DNA from: Patescibacteria group bacterium
GTDB taxonomy: Bacteria > Patescibacteriota > Minisyncoccia > Phycocordibacterales > SIBU01
Direction: 5' to 3'
DNA length: 64,000 nucleotides
Assembly (NCBI GenBank): GCA_040390045.1
Contig: JAZJZC010000001.1
Location: 172,005-236,004, forward strand
The notes beneath the pieces were generated by a model. It saw nothing but the letters and a program-made list of their open reading frames with translations, ran no database searches and was not told the DNA's origin. Position numbers and translations under genes: made by a program. Numbering within the stretch: position 1 is the first letter of the stretch; each line of letters starts with the position of its first letter. Positions 18,333 to 26,740 of this stretch are shown piece after piece.

Positions 18333-19070
18333 ATGGACCCAATGTTAACCCTTATAACTTTTGCCACGTTTTTCTCAACCCTTCTCGGAGGTTTGTTTGC
18401 TTTACGCTTCAAAGACAGACTGCATCTTATTTTGGGCTTCAGCGCCGGCGCCGTCATTGGTGTTGCCTTTTTTGATTTGCTACCAGAAGCCATCGAACTT
18501 GGATCAAAAACCTACGGGTTTTCTACAACCACATCCGTGGTAGCGCTTGGTTTTATTTTGTACATGATTCTCGACAGACTCATTCTTTTTCATACTCATA
18601 CACATGATGCTGAGCACCCTGAAACTCATCGTCAGAACCGAGGAATTGTGGGCGCCAGCTCCCTTTCAGTGCACAGTTTTCTTGACGGGGTGGGAATTGG
18701 ACTGGCGTTTAAAGTTTCTCCAGCGCTCGGAGCAATTGTGGCCGTTGCAGTTCTAACCCACGATTTTTCAGATGGTATCAATACGGTTAACATGATTCTC
18801 AAAAACCATGGCGAATCGAAAAAAGCTTTCAAATGGCTTTTGGTTGATGCTCTTGCGCCGGTTGTCGGCGTAATTTCTACTATCTTTTTTACTCTACCGG
18901 AAAACGCGCTCGGCTTGTTGTTAGCTTTATTTTCAGGTTTCTTTCTCTACATCGGCGCAAGCGACCTTTTGCCTGAAAGCCACCATGCCCATCCAACCAT
19001 TTGGACAACTTTCATGACGGTTGTTGGCGTAGCGGTGTTATTTCTCACAATCAAGCTAGCAAATATTTAA
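18333..19070 (+). CDS. ZIP-family metal cation transporter
   Basis: HSFLDGVGIGLAF and THDFSDGINTV metal-binding helices typical of ZIP/ZupT. Confidence 0.8.
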   Translation: MDPMLTLITFATFFSTLLGGLFALRFKDRLHLILGFSAGAVIGVAFFDLLPEAIELGSKTYGFSTTTSVVALGFILYMILDRLILFHTHTHDAEHPETHRQNRGIVGASSLSVHSFLDGVGIGLAFKVSPALGAIVAVAVLTHDFSDGINTVNMILKNHGESKKAFKWLLVDALAPVVGVISTIFFTLPENALGLLLALFSGFFLYIGASDLLPESHHAHPTIWTTFMTVVGVAVLFLTIKLANI

Positions 19071-19114
19071 TCCGCAAACATAGGATTTTTTTATATTTGT
19101 GGGATAATTCTTGT

Positions 19115-20197
19115 ATGGAAGATTCTTCTGTACGTCAAAAAATTAAAAAGCACGGAACTGCTATCGCCTTTGTTCTCGGATTTATTTGGGACAACATCAT
19201 GTTGAGCCAAATTGATCATGTCTTTGCCAACATCATGCTTGGTTCTTACTTGGTGATTTCAGCCTTCAGCATCTTGATCATGAACCTACCGTTTCACCCA
19301 GAGCGCCGGGTAAAAATTATAGAAAAAATCACTAAGTGGTTTCCACTCATTCTTCAGTTTTGTTTCGGTAGTCTTTTTTCCGCCTATATTATTTTTTACA
19401 CTCGTAGCGCCTCGATTTCAAACAACTGGCCGTTCCTACTTTTTTTAGTTCTCCTCGTCATCAGCAACGAACTTTTGCGCAAACGCTATCTTTCGATCAC
19501 CTTGCCCGTGAGCCTTTTCTTTACCGTGCTTTTTTCCTACAATATTTTTTCCCTGCCAATTCTTTTAAAATCAATGAGCGCGCTTATTTTTATATTGAGC
19601 GGACTCGCAACGTTAATCATCATTACAATTTTTATTTGGATTCTTTCTCGAATTGCGCCTGAAAAATATGCATCGAGTAAGCGCTCGCTCATTCTTTCTC
19701 TATCAGCAATTTATATTTTATTTAACGTCGCCTATTTCACCAACATTATTCCTCCCGTGCCTCTTGCGCTGAAAGAAATCGGTGTCTATCACTCGGTGAC
19801 GCGACTGGCAAATGGCGAATACACCCTGAGTTTTGAGCATGACAGCTGGTATCCTTTTATTTCCAATACCGATTCCACCTTTCATCAAAAACCAAATGAA
19901 TCTGTCTACGTCTGGAGCTCCATTTTTGCGCCGACGGATTTGACCGTACCAATCTATTATCGATGGCAGTATTTTGATGACGCACAAAAAAAATGGATCG
20001 AGACGGATTTAATTCAGTTGCCAATTTTCGGAGGCCGCGATGAAGGCTTCCGTGGCTACACAAAAAAATCTAACGTCCAGCCGGGTTTGTGGCGAGTCGA
20101 TGTTGAAACTAATCGTAAAAATCTTATTGGCCGAATTGAGTTTACCGTCGAGGATGCAATTGATCCCATCAACAGCATCGTGACGGAAACTAAATAG
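19115..20197 (+). CDS. Membrane protein with C-terminal soluble domain (start taken at ATG 19115; track ORF 19001 overlaps the ZIP gene)
   Basis: Six hydrophobic helices followed by a ~140-aa Trp/Tyr-rich soluble domain; no confident family call. Confidence 0.45.
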   Translation: MEDSSVRQKIKKHGTAIAFVLGFIWDNIMLSQIDHVFANIMLGSYLVISAFSILIMNLPFHPERRVKIIEKITKWFPLILQFCFGSLFSAYIIFYTRSASISNNWPFLLFLVLLVISNELLRKRYLSITLPVSLFFTVLFSYNIFSLPILLKSMSALIFILSGLATLIIITIFIWILSRIAPEKYASSKRSLILSLSAIYILFNVAYFTNIIPPVPLALKEIGVYHSVTRLANGEYTLSFEHDSWYPFISNTDSTFHQKPNESVYVWSSIFAPTDLTVPIYYRWQYFDDAQKKWIETDLIQLPIFGGRDEGFRGYTKKSNVQPGLWRVDVETNRKNLIGRIEFTVEDAIDPINSIVTETK

Positions 20198-20227
20198 CGA
20201 AAAATTACGTTTCAACCCTAATTGCAC

Positions 20228-20271
20228 CACCTACATTAAGGAGTCACGGCCGTGACTCCTTAATGTAGGTG
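20228..20271. terminator. 44-bp perfect palindrome (cacctacattaaggagtcacgg.ccgtgactccttaatgtaggtg) followed by T-run
   Basis: 22-bp arms are exact reverse complements, then taatttttt. Confidence 0.7.
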
Positions 20272-20363
20272 TAATTTTTTCTGAAAAAAATTTAAATTTT
20301 TAAAAAATAATTTTAAAACACAAAAAAATAGCCCGGGTAAAGCCGAGCTATGGACAAGAATAA

Positions 20364-21779
20364 TCATGAGGGGTGAGCAACGAGCTTTTCTGCAAACTGA
20401 CGCAAACGATCCGCTGTCTCGCGCATGTTGGAAGCAAGCGCCAAGCGAGCGACAGGCTGTTTCATTTCTTCACTCGCCCTGAAACCATCAGCCCAAAGAT
20501 TCAGATTGTGGACACTGAGACGGACAGCCTCAATCGCTGTTCGCGCCAACTTGGCAACCTCGCATGGCTGTTCCCTTCTTTTACCGCCATTAGGACCTTT
20601 TTCCGTTTTGTTACCAATAATCAAAGCCTCAAGACAGGCGGCTAAACCTCGACGGCCCAAATGCCCGCTCTCTTGAATCGCTTGTGCCAAAATCTCCTCC
20701 TGTTTTTCAGGCTTGACCTTAGCGAGGAGCACTCCGCAACCGAGCGGAAGTTTTTTCCCTTTAGGTTGAGAAGTGCTCAGAAGCTCGAACAGACTTGGCA
20801 CCAAGGCGCTCAGAGAAAGGTAATTCCGAACACTAGCTCCAGACATCGAAAAGTCCTTCGCTACATCATCGATGCTTCTGCCAGCCTTTTTCACCGCATA
20901 AATAATAGCGGTCGCGTACTCGTAGTGAGTGTGAGGTACAGCGTGCATATTCGACACAACTGACATCCGATGCTGATCTGCCTCGTCGATTGGATACCGC
21001 ATCGAAACTAACACTTTCGGTATGCGCTTTAATTGCGCCGCTCGCCAACGCCGCTCCCCATCGACAATCTCGGAACAAACCTTACCAGCGGCCTGATCTG
21101 GACCGAGTGGACAAATTAGAATCGCCCGCATCTGCCCCGTGAGCAAACTATTGCCCAATTCGTCGAGCGCGGCGTCGCGGAAAACTTTTCTCGGCTGACC
21201 TGCCCACGGTCTTAAGCAATCCACGTCCATCCAAAACTCACCTTTCGAATCTTCACCTTGAGATTTCTGAGGATATATCCTTGAAGACTTAACGAGTGTG
21301 ACGGGCGGAGGCTCGGGTGTTATCATCTCAGCTGGCTTATCAGGCAAAACGGATTCTGGATCCCACTTCTTACTGTCAACGACAATCTGGGCGTTGCTGA
21401 GCGAGTTGTAACCGTTTCCGTCAACGATCCACTTTCCTGAAACTTTATCGTCCAGATTACCAAAATATCCATCCTCGAGGGTTTGGACCCCGCCATCAGA
21501 CGAGAGTCGCAAAAGTTTAAAGTTCCCACGCTTATTGGCATTTTTTTGCCTGGATATTTCAAGGACGTTTCTTCTCGTTGGATCGATAGCCCCGCGATGC
21601 ACGGAGACATCAGGTTTTTCGGCGACAAATCCCGCGGCCAACAAAAACTCCACAGCCGCCGGGTCTGCCTCATGAGAACCCGAAGGAGATCTTCCAACCA
21701 ACCGGAGAACTGCGTGCCTCTCCGCCGGCAAGTATTCCGGAGCCACGCCATGACCATTGCCATTTCCTTTGTTGCTCAT
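20364..21779 (-). CDS. ParB/Spo0J-like nuclease-domain protein with a ~190-aa N-terminal extension (high-GC island)
   Basis: ParB N-domain motifs RPWAGQPRKVF and VDGERRWRAAQL; HTH (AIIYAVKKAGRSIDDVAKDFSMSGASVRNYLSL); ~56% GC. Confidence 0.65.
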   Translation of the reverse strand: MSNKGNGNGHGVAPEYLPAERHAVLRLVGRSPSGSHEADPAAVEFLLAAGFVAEKPDVSVHRGAIDPTRRNVLEISRQKNANKRGNFKLLRLSSDGGVQTLEDGYFGNLDDKVSGKWIVDGNGYNSLSNAQIVVDSKKWDPESVLPDKPAEMITPEPPPVTLVKSSRIYPQKSQGEDSKGEFWMDVDCLRPWAGQPRKVFRDAALDELGNSLLTGQMRAILICPLGPDQAAGKVCSEIVDGERRWRAAQLKRIPKVLVSMRYPIDEADQHRMSVVSNMHAVPHTHYEYATAIIYAVKKAGRSIDDVAKDFSMSGASVRNYLSLSALVPSLFELLSTSQPKGKKLPLGCGVLLAKVKPEKQEEILAQAIQESGHLGRRGLAACLEALIIGNKTEKGPNGGKRREQPCEVAKLARTAIEAVRLSVHNLNLWADGFRASEEMKQPVARLALASNMRETADRLRQFAEKLVAHPS

Positions 21780-21864
21780 ATATTTCCCTCATGTTCAATT
21801 GTTAATGTTCAACTATTAAATTCCTTAATAAAGTTAATCACTGAAAGGGTTTCTTGGCAATAGA

Positions 21865-21905
21865 AAACGGCCCCGCTCCGATGTACATCGGAGCGGGGCC
21901 GTTTT
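21865..21905. terminator. 41-bp palindrome (aaaacggccccgctccgatg.t.acatcggagcggggccgtttt)
   Basis: 20-bp perfect arms with A/T runs on both sides. Confidence 0.7.
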
Positions 21906-21910
21906 AAAAA

Positions 21911-22438
21911 TTAATTCTGAACCGCTCTCTTAGCGAGATAGCCGTGCAAAATAATTAAAGCGAACGCAGTCAAAGCCATCAAGGGAATTGTAATGTACCC
22001 AAAGACCGTGACAAATTGTTTGGCGCAAGAAACGCCAACGACACTGCAAGAAAGTTCTGGCACAAATCCCCACTGGAGCAAATAATGATAGATCGAATAC
22101 AAAATTCCAACACCCGAAAGTGCCAAACCGTAATCAAAAATTTTATTGTCTTTCTTGTACAGTGCTAGACCAAAAAGAATAGTTTGTGGATACATAAAAA
22201 TTCTTTGGAACCAACACAGATAGCACGGCTCGTAGCCCAAAATCTCAGAATAGGTCAGACTTCCTGAAGTCGCAACAAGGGCAACTAAAAACATCATCCA
22301 TAAGGCGCGCTTGGTAAAAAAATCAACAATTGATTTTCCCGTTCCGGTAAGAAGACAAAAAATAACAACCACGATAATCACCTGCCCTAAAAGGGTAGCC
22401 GAACCCAAAATTAAATTTACAAAATCGGGAGAAAACAT
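21911..22438 (-). CDS. DsbB/BdbC-family disulfide bond formation membrane protein (start taken at internal ATG; track ORF extends to 22483)
   Basis: Four TM helices; CYLCWFQRIFMYPQ redox-loop motif and a second Cys pair (SCSVVGVSC). Confidence 0.6.
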   Translation of the reverse strand: MFSPDFVNLILGSATLLGQVIIVVVIFCLLTGTGKSIVDFFTKRALWMMFLVALVATSGSLTYSEILGYEPCYLCWFQRIFMYPQTILFGLALYKKDNKIFDYGLALSGVGILYSIYHYLLQWGFVPELSCSVVGVSCAKQFVTVFGYITIPLMALTAFALIILHGYLAKRAVQN

Positions 22439-22442
22439 AACC

Positions 22443-22820
22443 TTAATTTGGAAGCGTACAACCGGTTTTATCTGCAAGGACACTCAGTTCCTGTTCACCA
22501 GTTGTTGAACTCATGTCTGGGAATATCCATGTTGGATACGAGTGAATTTCTTTTTCTATACAAATTGGAGTCTGGCCGTTAGCGTCGGGAGTTGAACATT
22601 CAACATAGGGAAGATATTTTTTCGCATTCCCAAACATTGATTTTTGCTTAGCGCAATGAGGACACCAAAATGCTCCGTAAAACGTAGCGCCTTTATCCTT
22701 CAAACACATAGCAAAACCGTCGTATTTACTTGGCGCGTTATTGGCATACACCAAACCACCAACAATGAGCACAAGGGCGACTATTCCAACAATCATAACG
22801 GTGCGATTTGATGTATCCAT
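22443..22820 (-). CDS. Membrane-anchored thioredoxin-fold thiol-disulfide oxidoreductase (DsbA/BdbA-like)
   Basis: N-terminal TM; WCPHC active-site motif. Confidence 0.65.
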   Translation of the reverse strand: MDTSNRTVMIVGIVALVLIVGGLVYANNAPSKYDGFAMCLKDKGATFYGAFWCPHCAKQKSMFGNAKKYLPYVECSTPDANGQTPICIEKEIHSYPTWIFPDMSSTTGEQELSVLADKTGCTLPN

Positions 22821-22905
22821 ACTTTGTATTATTAACTAATTAGGAAAATTATAGCACATTGGTATGTGTTGTAAAAAGCGCCGAAAAACCTGCTAGAATA
22901 CCAGC

Positions 22906-23337
22906 ATGTCCAGTCAGTCTAAAAAAGTCTTAGTGTTCGGGGTTTTCGATATCCTGCACGATGGCCACAGGTATTTTTTAGAAAGCGCTAAAGCCTTAGG
23001 TGATAAGCTTTTTGTAGTACTAGCGCCAGATGAAGCAGTGCTCGATCTCAAAAAAAATCATCCGCACAATCCCCTCGCACTGCGCATGAAAAATTTAGAG
23101 ACGGAAAAAATTGCCGATCACATATTTGAGGGAGATAGCAAAAGTGGCAGTTGGAATATTTTTACTGAACTCATTCCAGATATCATAGCGCTTGGCTACG
23201 ATCAAGAACCTCTCGGAAAGGCTTTGGAAACTTTTCTCGCGCAAACAAAACACAACGTAAAACTGGTACGCCTATTCCCGCACAATGACGAAACGCTTCA
23301 CTCAAGCTCACTCCGCAAAAATTTGAAAAAAATATAG
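22906..23337 (+). CDS. Cytidylyltransferase-like nucleotidyltransferase (HxGH family)
   Basis: VLVFGVFDILHDGH motif near the N-terminus; 143 aa. Confidence 0.6.
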   Translation: MSSQSKKVLVFGVFDILHDGHRYFLESAKALGDKLFVVLAPDEAVLDLKKNHPHNPLALRMKNLETEKIADHIFEGDSKSGSWNIFTELIPDIIALGYDQEPLGKALETFLAQTKHNVKLVRLFPHNDETLHSSSLRKNLKKI

Positions 23338-23354
23338 TATAATTCTAGGAACAT

Positions 23355-23909
23355 ATGGAGCACGTGGACACCACAATTTTCTTCTGGTTCAATAGTGTTA
23401 TTGGGCGATCGGCCTTCGTTGATCAGATACTCATCTTTTTTGCTAACTACCTTGCGTATGTTTTAGGCGCCGCCTTTATGCTTTTTGTTATCTTTCAAAC
23501 GGCAACTCAAAAAGAAAGAATTTCAATACTGCTGTCGACGATTGTCACTGAACTTATCGGGATGGAAATTTTCTTAAAAATAATCAACGTTTTGTACGAG
23601 AGGCCACGACCCTTTATTACCCTGACTGAAGCCCGTCAACTATTTACAGAAGTAGGACCCTCCTTCCCATCGGGTCATGCCACTTTTTTCTTTGGATTGT
23701 CAGCGGTGCTTTTCCAATACAACAGAAAAATCGGCATCATATTTTTTATAGCAAGCACAGTCATGGTCATTGCGCGAGTGATGAGTGGAGTTCATTATCC
23801 ATCTGATATTATTGCAGGAGCGCTTTTAGGATCGACTGTAGGTCTCACAATACCTCTCGTAGTCAATCGCTTTAGTTTTAAATTAATGAATAGGATTTAC
23901 AAAAATTAA
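23355..23909 (+). CDS. PAP2-family phosphatase (undecaprenyl-diphosphatase-like)
   Basis: PAP2 motifs KxxxxxRP (YERPRPF), PSGH (PSGHATF), SRxxxxxHxxxD (SGVHYPSD). Confidence 0.75.
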   Translation: MEHVDTTIFFWFNSVIGRSAFVDQILIFFANYLAYVLGAAFMLFVIFQTATQKERISILLSTIVTELIGMEIFLKIINVLYERPRPFITLTEARQLFTEVGPSFPSGHATFFFGLSAVLFQYNRKIGIIFFIASTVMVIARVMSGVHYPSDIIAGALLGSTVGLTIPLVVNRFSFKLMNRIYKN

Positions 23910-23919
23910 TAGTAAAAAT

Positions 23920-25365
23920 ATGAAAAAATTTTACGCCAGTTTGTTTGCGAGTTTCATTTTCCTTACACTCCCCGTTTTTTCAATTCATGCAGACACTCCT
24001 TCCGTAGTTTCTTTCAGCGCGCCAACCAGTTTAGGATCCGGACAAGTCGGAGACTTTACCTGGACTATAAACGGCGGAGGACACTCAATCATCTTTTTTT
24101 GCCCACAAGGAGTGACGTTGCGATACGCTTCTACCAATCAATCATTTCCCTGTGATACCGCCACATCGATAAGCGGTGCCGCATCCGAAGGTGTGTCACT
24201 AAATGTTATAAACGTCAGTGGCAGTGGAAAAATTTTAACTGTGCGACTAACGCCCAAAGATGCCAGCGCGGTGAATTTTGATGCCGGAGCAAGAGAGGTT
24301 TCGCTCTATGTTAATCCTTCAGCAGAATCGATTGGAAACTTTTACACCACCGCAACCACCACGATTTCTGGAGCGGCCACCAATTTTTATTGGACATCTC
24401 CCTATCTCGGTGGTGTCAATTTTAAAATTGGTTGTAATAGTTTTATTGTTGCCACTTCGTCGTCCTACAATAACGGCGCTACTGTTCCTTGTGGTCAGGT
24501 TATTTTTCCAACCGACCTGCCGGGCTCAGGGTCTATGTCAATGTTGTTTAAAAATTCATCACAAGAAAATCTTCCGCTTGAAGTTACCATTCTGCCAGCG
24601 ATGTCACCGGGGGTCTACGATGGTGGCCGATCAAAAAGTATTCAATTGTCGGTCACCTCTGACGCTCAAAAAGCAATTTCTCTCTCCACTTTTTCTGTTT
24701 CGCGTCAAAAAATATTTTCCGGTGACTCTGTGGCCTTCAACTGGTCATTTGTTAACGGCTCGGGCGCTAATATAAAAATTTCCTGCGCGGCCGCTTTAAC
24801 CTACACCTTGATTTCAACGACAACAAGCACAACACTGCCATGCAATGAATTTCTGGCAACAACCACTTCGTTCGGTGCGACCGCCTCGACTTCCATTTTT
24901 TTCTTTAATTCAGAACCGAGCGATCAAGCCGCAATCGTTTCAATCTTTCCACAACTGAAAGACGGAACCTACACTGGCAGTAATGCGGCAAGTGTCAAAA
25001 TTACAGTACAACCAATTCCAAAATCTGGCACAATTTCTCCTGTGACAACAACCACTTCAACGATAGTAACCACACCTACAATTTCAACTCCTGTAATCAC
25101 AAACGTAACAACCGGCGGTAAAAATATTTTCAAGCGAGCACTTGATGTTGGTTCACGCGGCGCAGACGTTACGGCACTTCAAACCTTTTTCGCCAAAGAC
25201 AAAATAATCTACCCTGAAGGCTCGATCACCGGCTACTTCGGCCCGGCGACCAAGCGGGCTGTTGGAAGATTTCAAATTAAATTCGCCATCATTAAAACTA
25301 GCTCCGACCCTTCGTACGGTTTTGTCGGCCCTAAAACCCGAGCTCTTTTAAATTCTCAACAGTAG
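23920..25365 (+). CDS. Secreted Ser/Thr-rich protein with C-terminal peptidoglycan-binding domain
   Basis: Signal peptide; C-terminal GSRGADVTALQTFFAKDKIIYPEGSITGYFGPATKRAVGRFQ matches the PG_binding_1 pattern. Confidence 0.55.
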   Translation: MKKFYASLFASFIFLTLPVFSIHADTPSVVSFSAPTSLGSGQVGDFTWTINGGGHSIIFFCPQGVTLRYASTNQSFPCDTATSISGAASEGVSLNVINVSGSGKILTVRLTPKDASAVNFDAGAREVSLYVNPSAESIGNFYTTATTTISGAATNFYWTSPYLGGVNFKIGCNSFIVATSSSYNNGATVPCGQVIFPTDLPGSGSMSMLFKNSSQENLPLEVTILPAMSPGVYDGGRSKSIQLSVTSDAQKAISLSTFSVSRQKIFSGDSVAFNWSFVNGSGANIKISCAAALTYTLISTTTSTTLPCNEFLATTTSFGATASTSIFFFNSEPSDQAAIVSIFPQLKDGTYTGSNAASVKITVQPIPKSGTISPVTTTTSTIVTTPTISTPVITNVTTGGKNIFKRALDVGSRGADVTALQTFFAKDKIIYPEGSITGYFGPATKRAVGRFQIKFAIIKTSSDPSYGFVGPKTRALLNSQQ

Positions 25366-25389
25366 AAAGAGGAGAAACGTCGTAGAAAT

Positions 25390-25728
25390 TTAGGCAGTAG
25401 TCAAAGCCTGCACCTTTCCGCTAAACGTTTTAACCAAATCTTTAACCATATAGAAAAGCACAATAACCACGGCCACTGCTACAATCTGAATTATCAATCG
25501 GGTATTTAAAAATGCAGAAGTCATAAACTGCAAAAACTTTTGAGTTTCCAAAAGTGACGGCATATTTTTTAAGACATTTGGCACTGAAACAAAAAAACCG
25601 CACAGAGCTAGCAAGGTAGAAAAAATTGCTACCTTAGGAAGGAAGATTGCCGGCAATCTTTTCAAACCATACACAAACAGCACTCGTTGCATTATTTGTT
25701 GTTTTAAAAATTCTTCTTGTTTTGTCAT
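25390..25728 (-). CDS. Membrane protein downstream of the sigma factor (possible anti-sigma factor)
   Basis: Two TM helices; immediately 3' of, and co-oriented with, the sigma gene. Confidence 0.35.
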   Translation of the reverse strand: MTKQEEFLKQQIMQRVLFVYGLKRLPAIFLPKVAIFSTLLALCGFFVSVPNVLKNMPSLLETQKFLQFMTSAFLNTRLIIQIVAVAVVIVLFYMVKDLVKTFSGKVQALTTA

Positions 25729-25758
25729 GTTAATAAAAATTAAAATAGTAATATTGGC

Positions 25759-26397
25759 TTAGGATGCATCGTTTTCACCCGGAGAAAAATCAACAACTTT
25801 TTTAATCTCCTTTTTGGCACGATGGATTCGAGCCCGTACCGCACCCAACGAAATCCCCTCCATTTGAGCAATATCCTTTTGCGATTTGCCTTCAACAGAG
25901 TACAACCGCAAGACTCGCCCTAAAATTACAGGCAACTTGGAAATGAGGGATAAAACGTAATCGGTGTCGAGTTTTTGTTCAAAAGAATTGATTTCGTCTT
26001 TAGATGGCACAAGCTCGGCAATCTCAGGATCCAGATCGCGTAAGTAGACGTTATCACCTTTAATTTTTTTGTATTTCGTAAAACAGGTATTGATGAGAAT
26101 TTTGTATCCCCAGGATTTAAAAGAAGCTCCTTCCTGGACCTTAAACTTGCTGGCATTTAAATATATTTTCACAAAGGCATCCTGAACGATGTCTTTGACC
26201 ATGTCAGGATCGTTTCTGATTATTTGGCCGGCCTTCCGGATGAAAGCTTCTTGGTAGCGATCTACTAGTATAGAAAACTTGTCAGGGTTTGAAACAGACA
26301 GGGCTAAAATAGCCTCGTCACTAACATTCGCTACTTCTGTATTTTGAACGGTATCGTTTAGTAGGTCCATAGATATAACTCGAGGAGAGCCTGTCAT
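25759..26397 (-). CDS. RNA polymerase sigma factor, sigma-70/ECF type
   Basis: Region 2 (IVQDAFVKIYLN) and region 4 HTH (LRLYSVEGKSQKDIAQMEGISLGAVRARIHRAKKEI). Confidence 0.7.
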   Translation of the reverse strand: MTGSPRVISMDLLNDTVQNTEVANVSDEAILALSVSNPDKFSILVDRYQEAFIRKAGQIIRNDPDMVKDIVQDAFVKIYLNASKFKVQEGASFKSWGYKILINTCFTKYKKIKGDNVYLRDLDPEIAELVPSKDEINSFEQKLDTDYVLSLISKLPVILGRVLRLYSVEGKSQKDIAQMEGISLGAVRARIHRAKKEIKKVVDFSPGENDAS

Positions 26398-26740
26398 AAG
26401 CAGACTCTCAAAGCGAGCTTCTTAATTATATCGACCGTCTTCCCTTTCTACAACACGCTGCTTTTTGAGAATGTTACAGGTTGAAAATATACCCTCATAA
26501 CCTTTGACAAAAAGCCTTTTTCTTGCTTTACTTATGCGCACTGAGCCGAGGGCTCTTTATTTATTTTCAAACTTTTAAAGGACGAAACGTAATTAAATAA
26601 CAAACTAATTTGGGCTTTCATTTTTGGATGAAATTCGAGGCGCACATGAGCACCGAAACGAATCGTACTCTTAGTACGCTGAGTGAGGAGCGGAATGTGC
26701 AACGACGAAGTTCGCCAAAAAGGAAAGCCCCCAACGCAAA

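Noticed and set aside
19001-19114. Upstream extension of the 19115..20197 ORF overlapping the ZIP transporter 3' end
   Set aside because: The extension overlaps the conserved C-terminus of the ZIP gene; the internal ATG at 19115 follows the ZIP stop and gives a plausible start.
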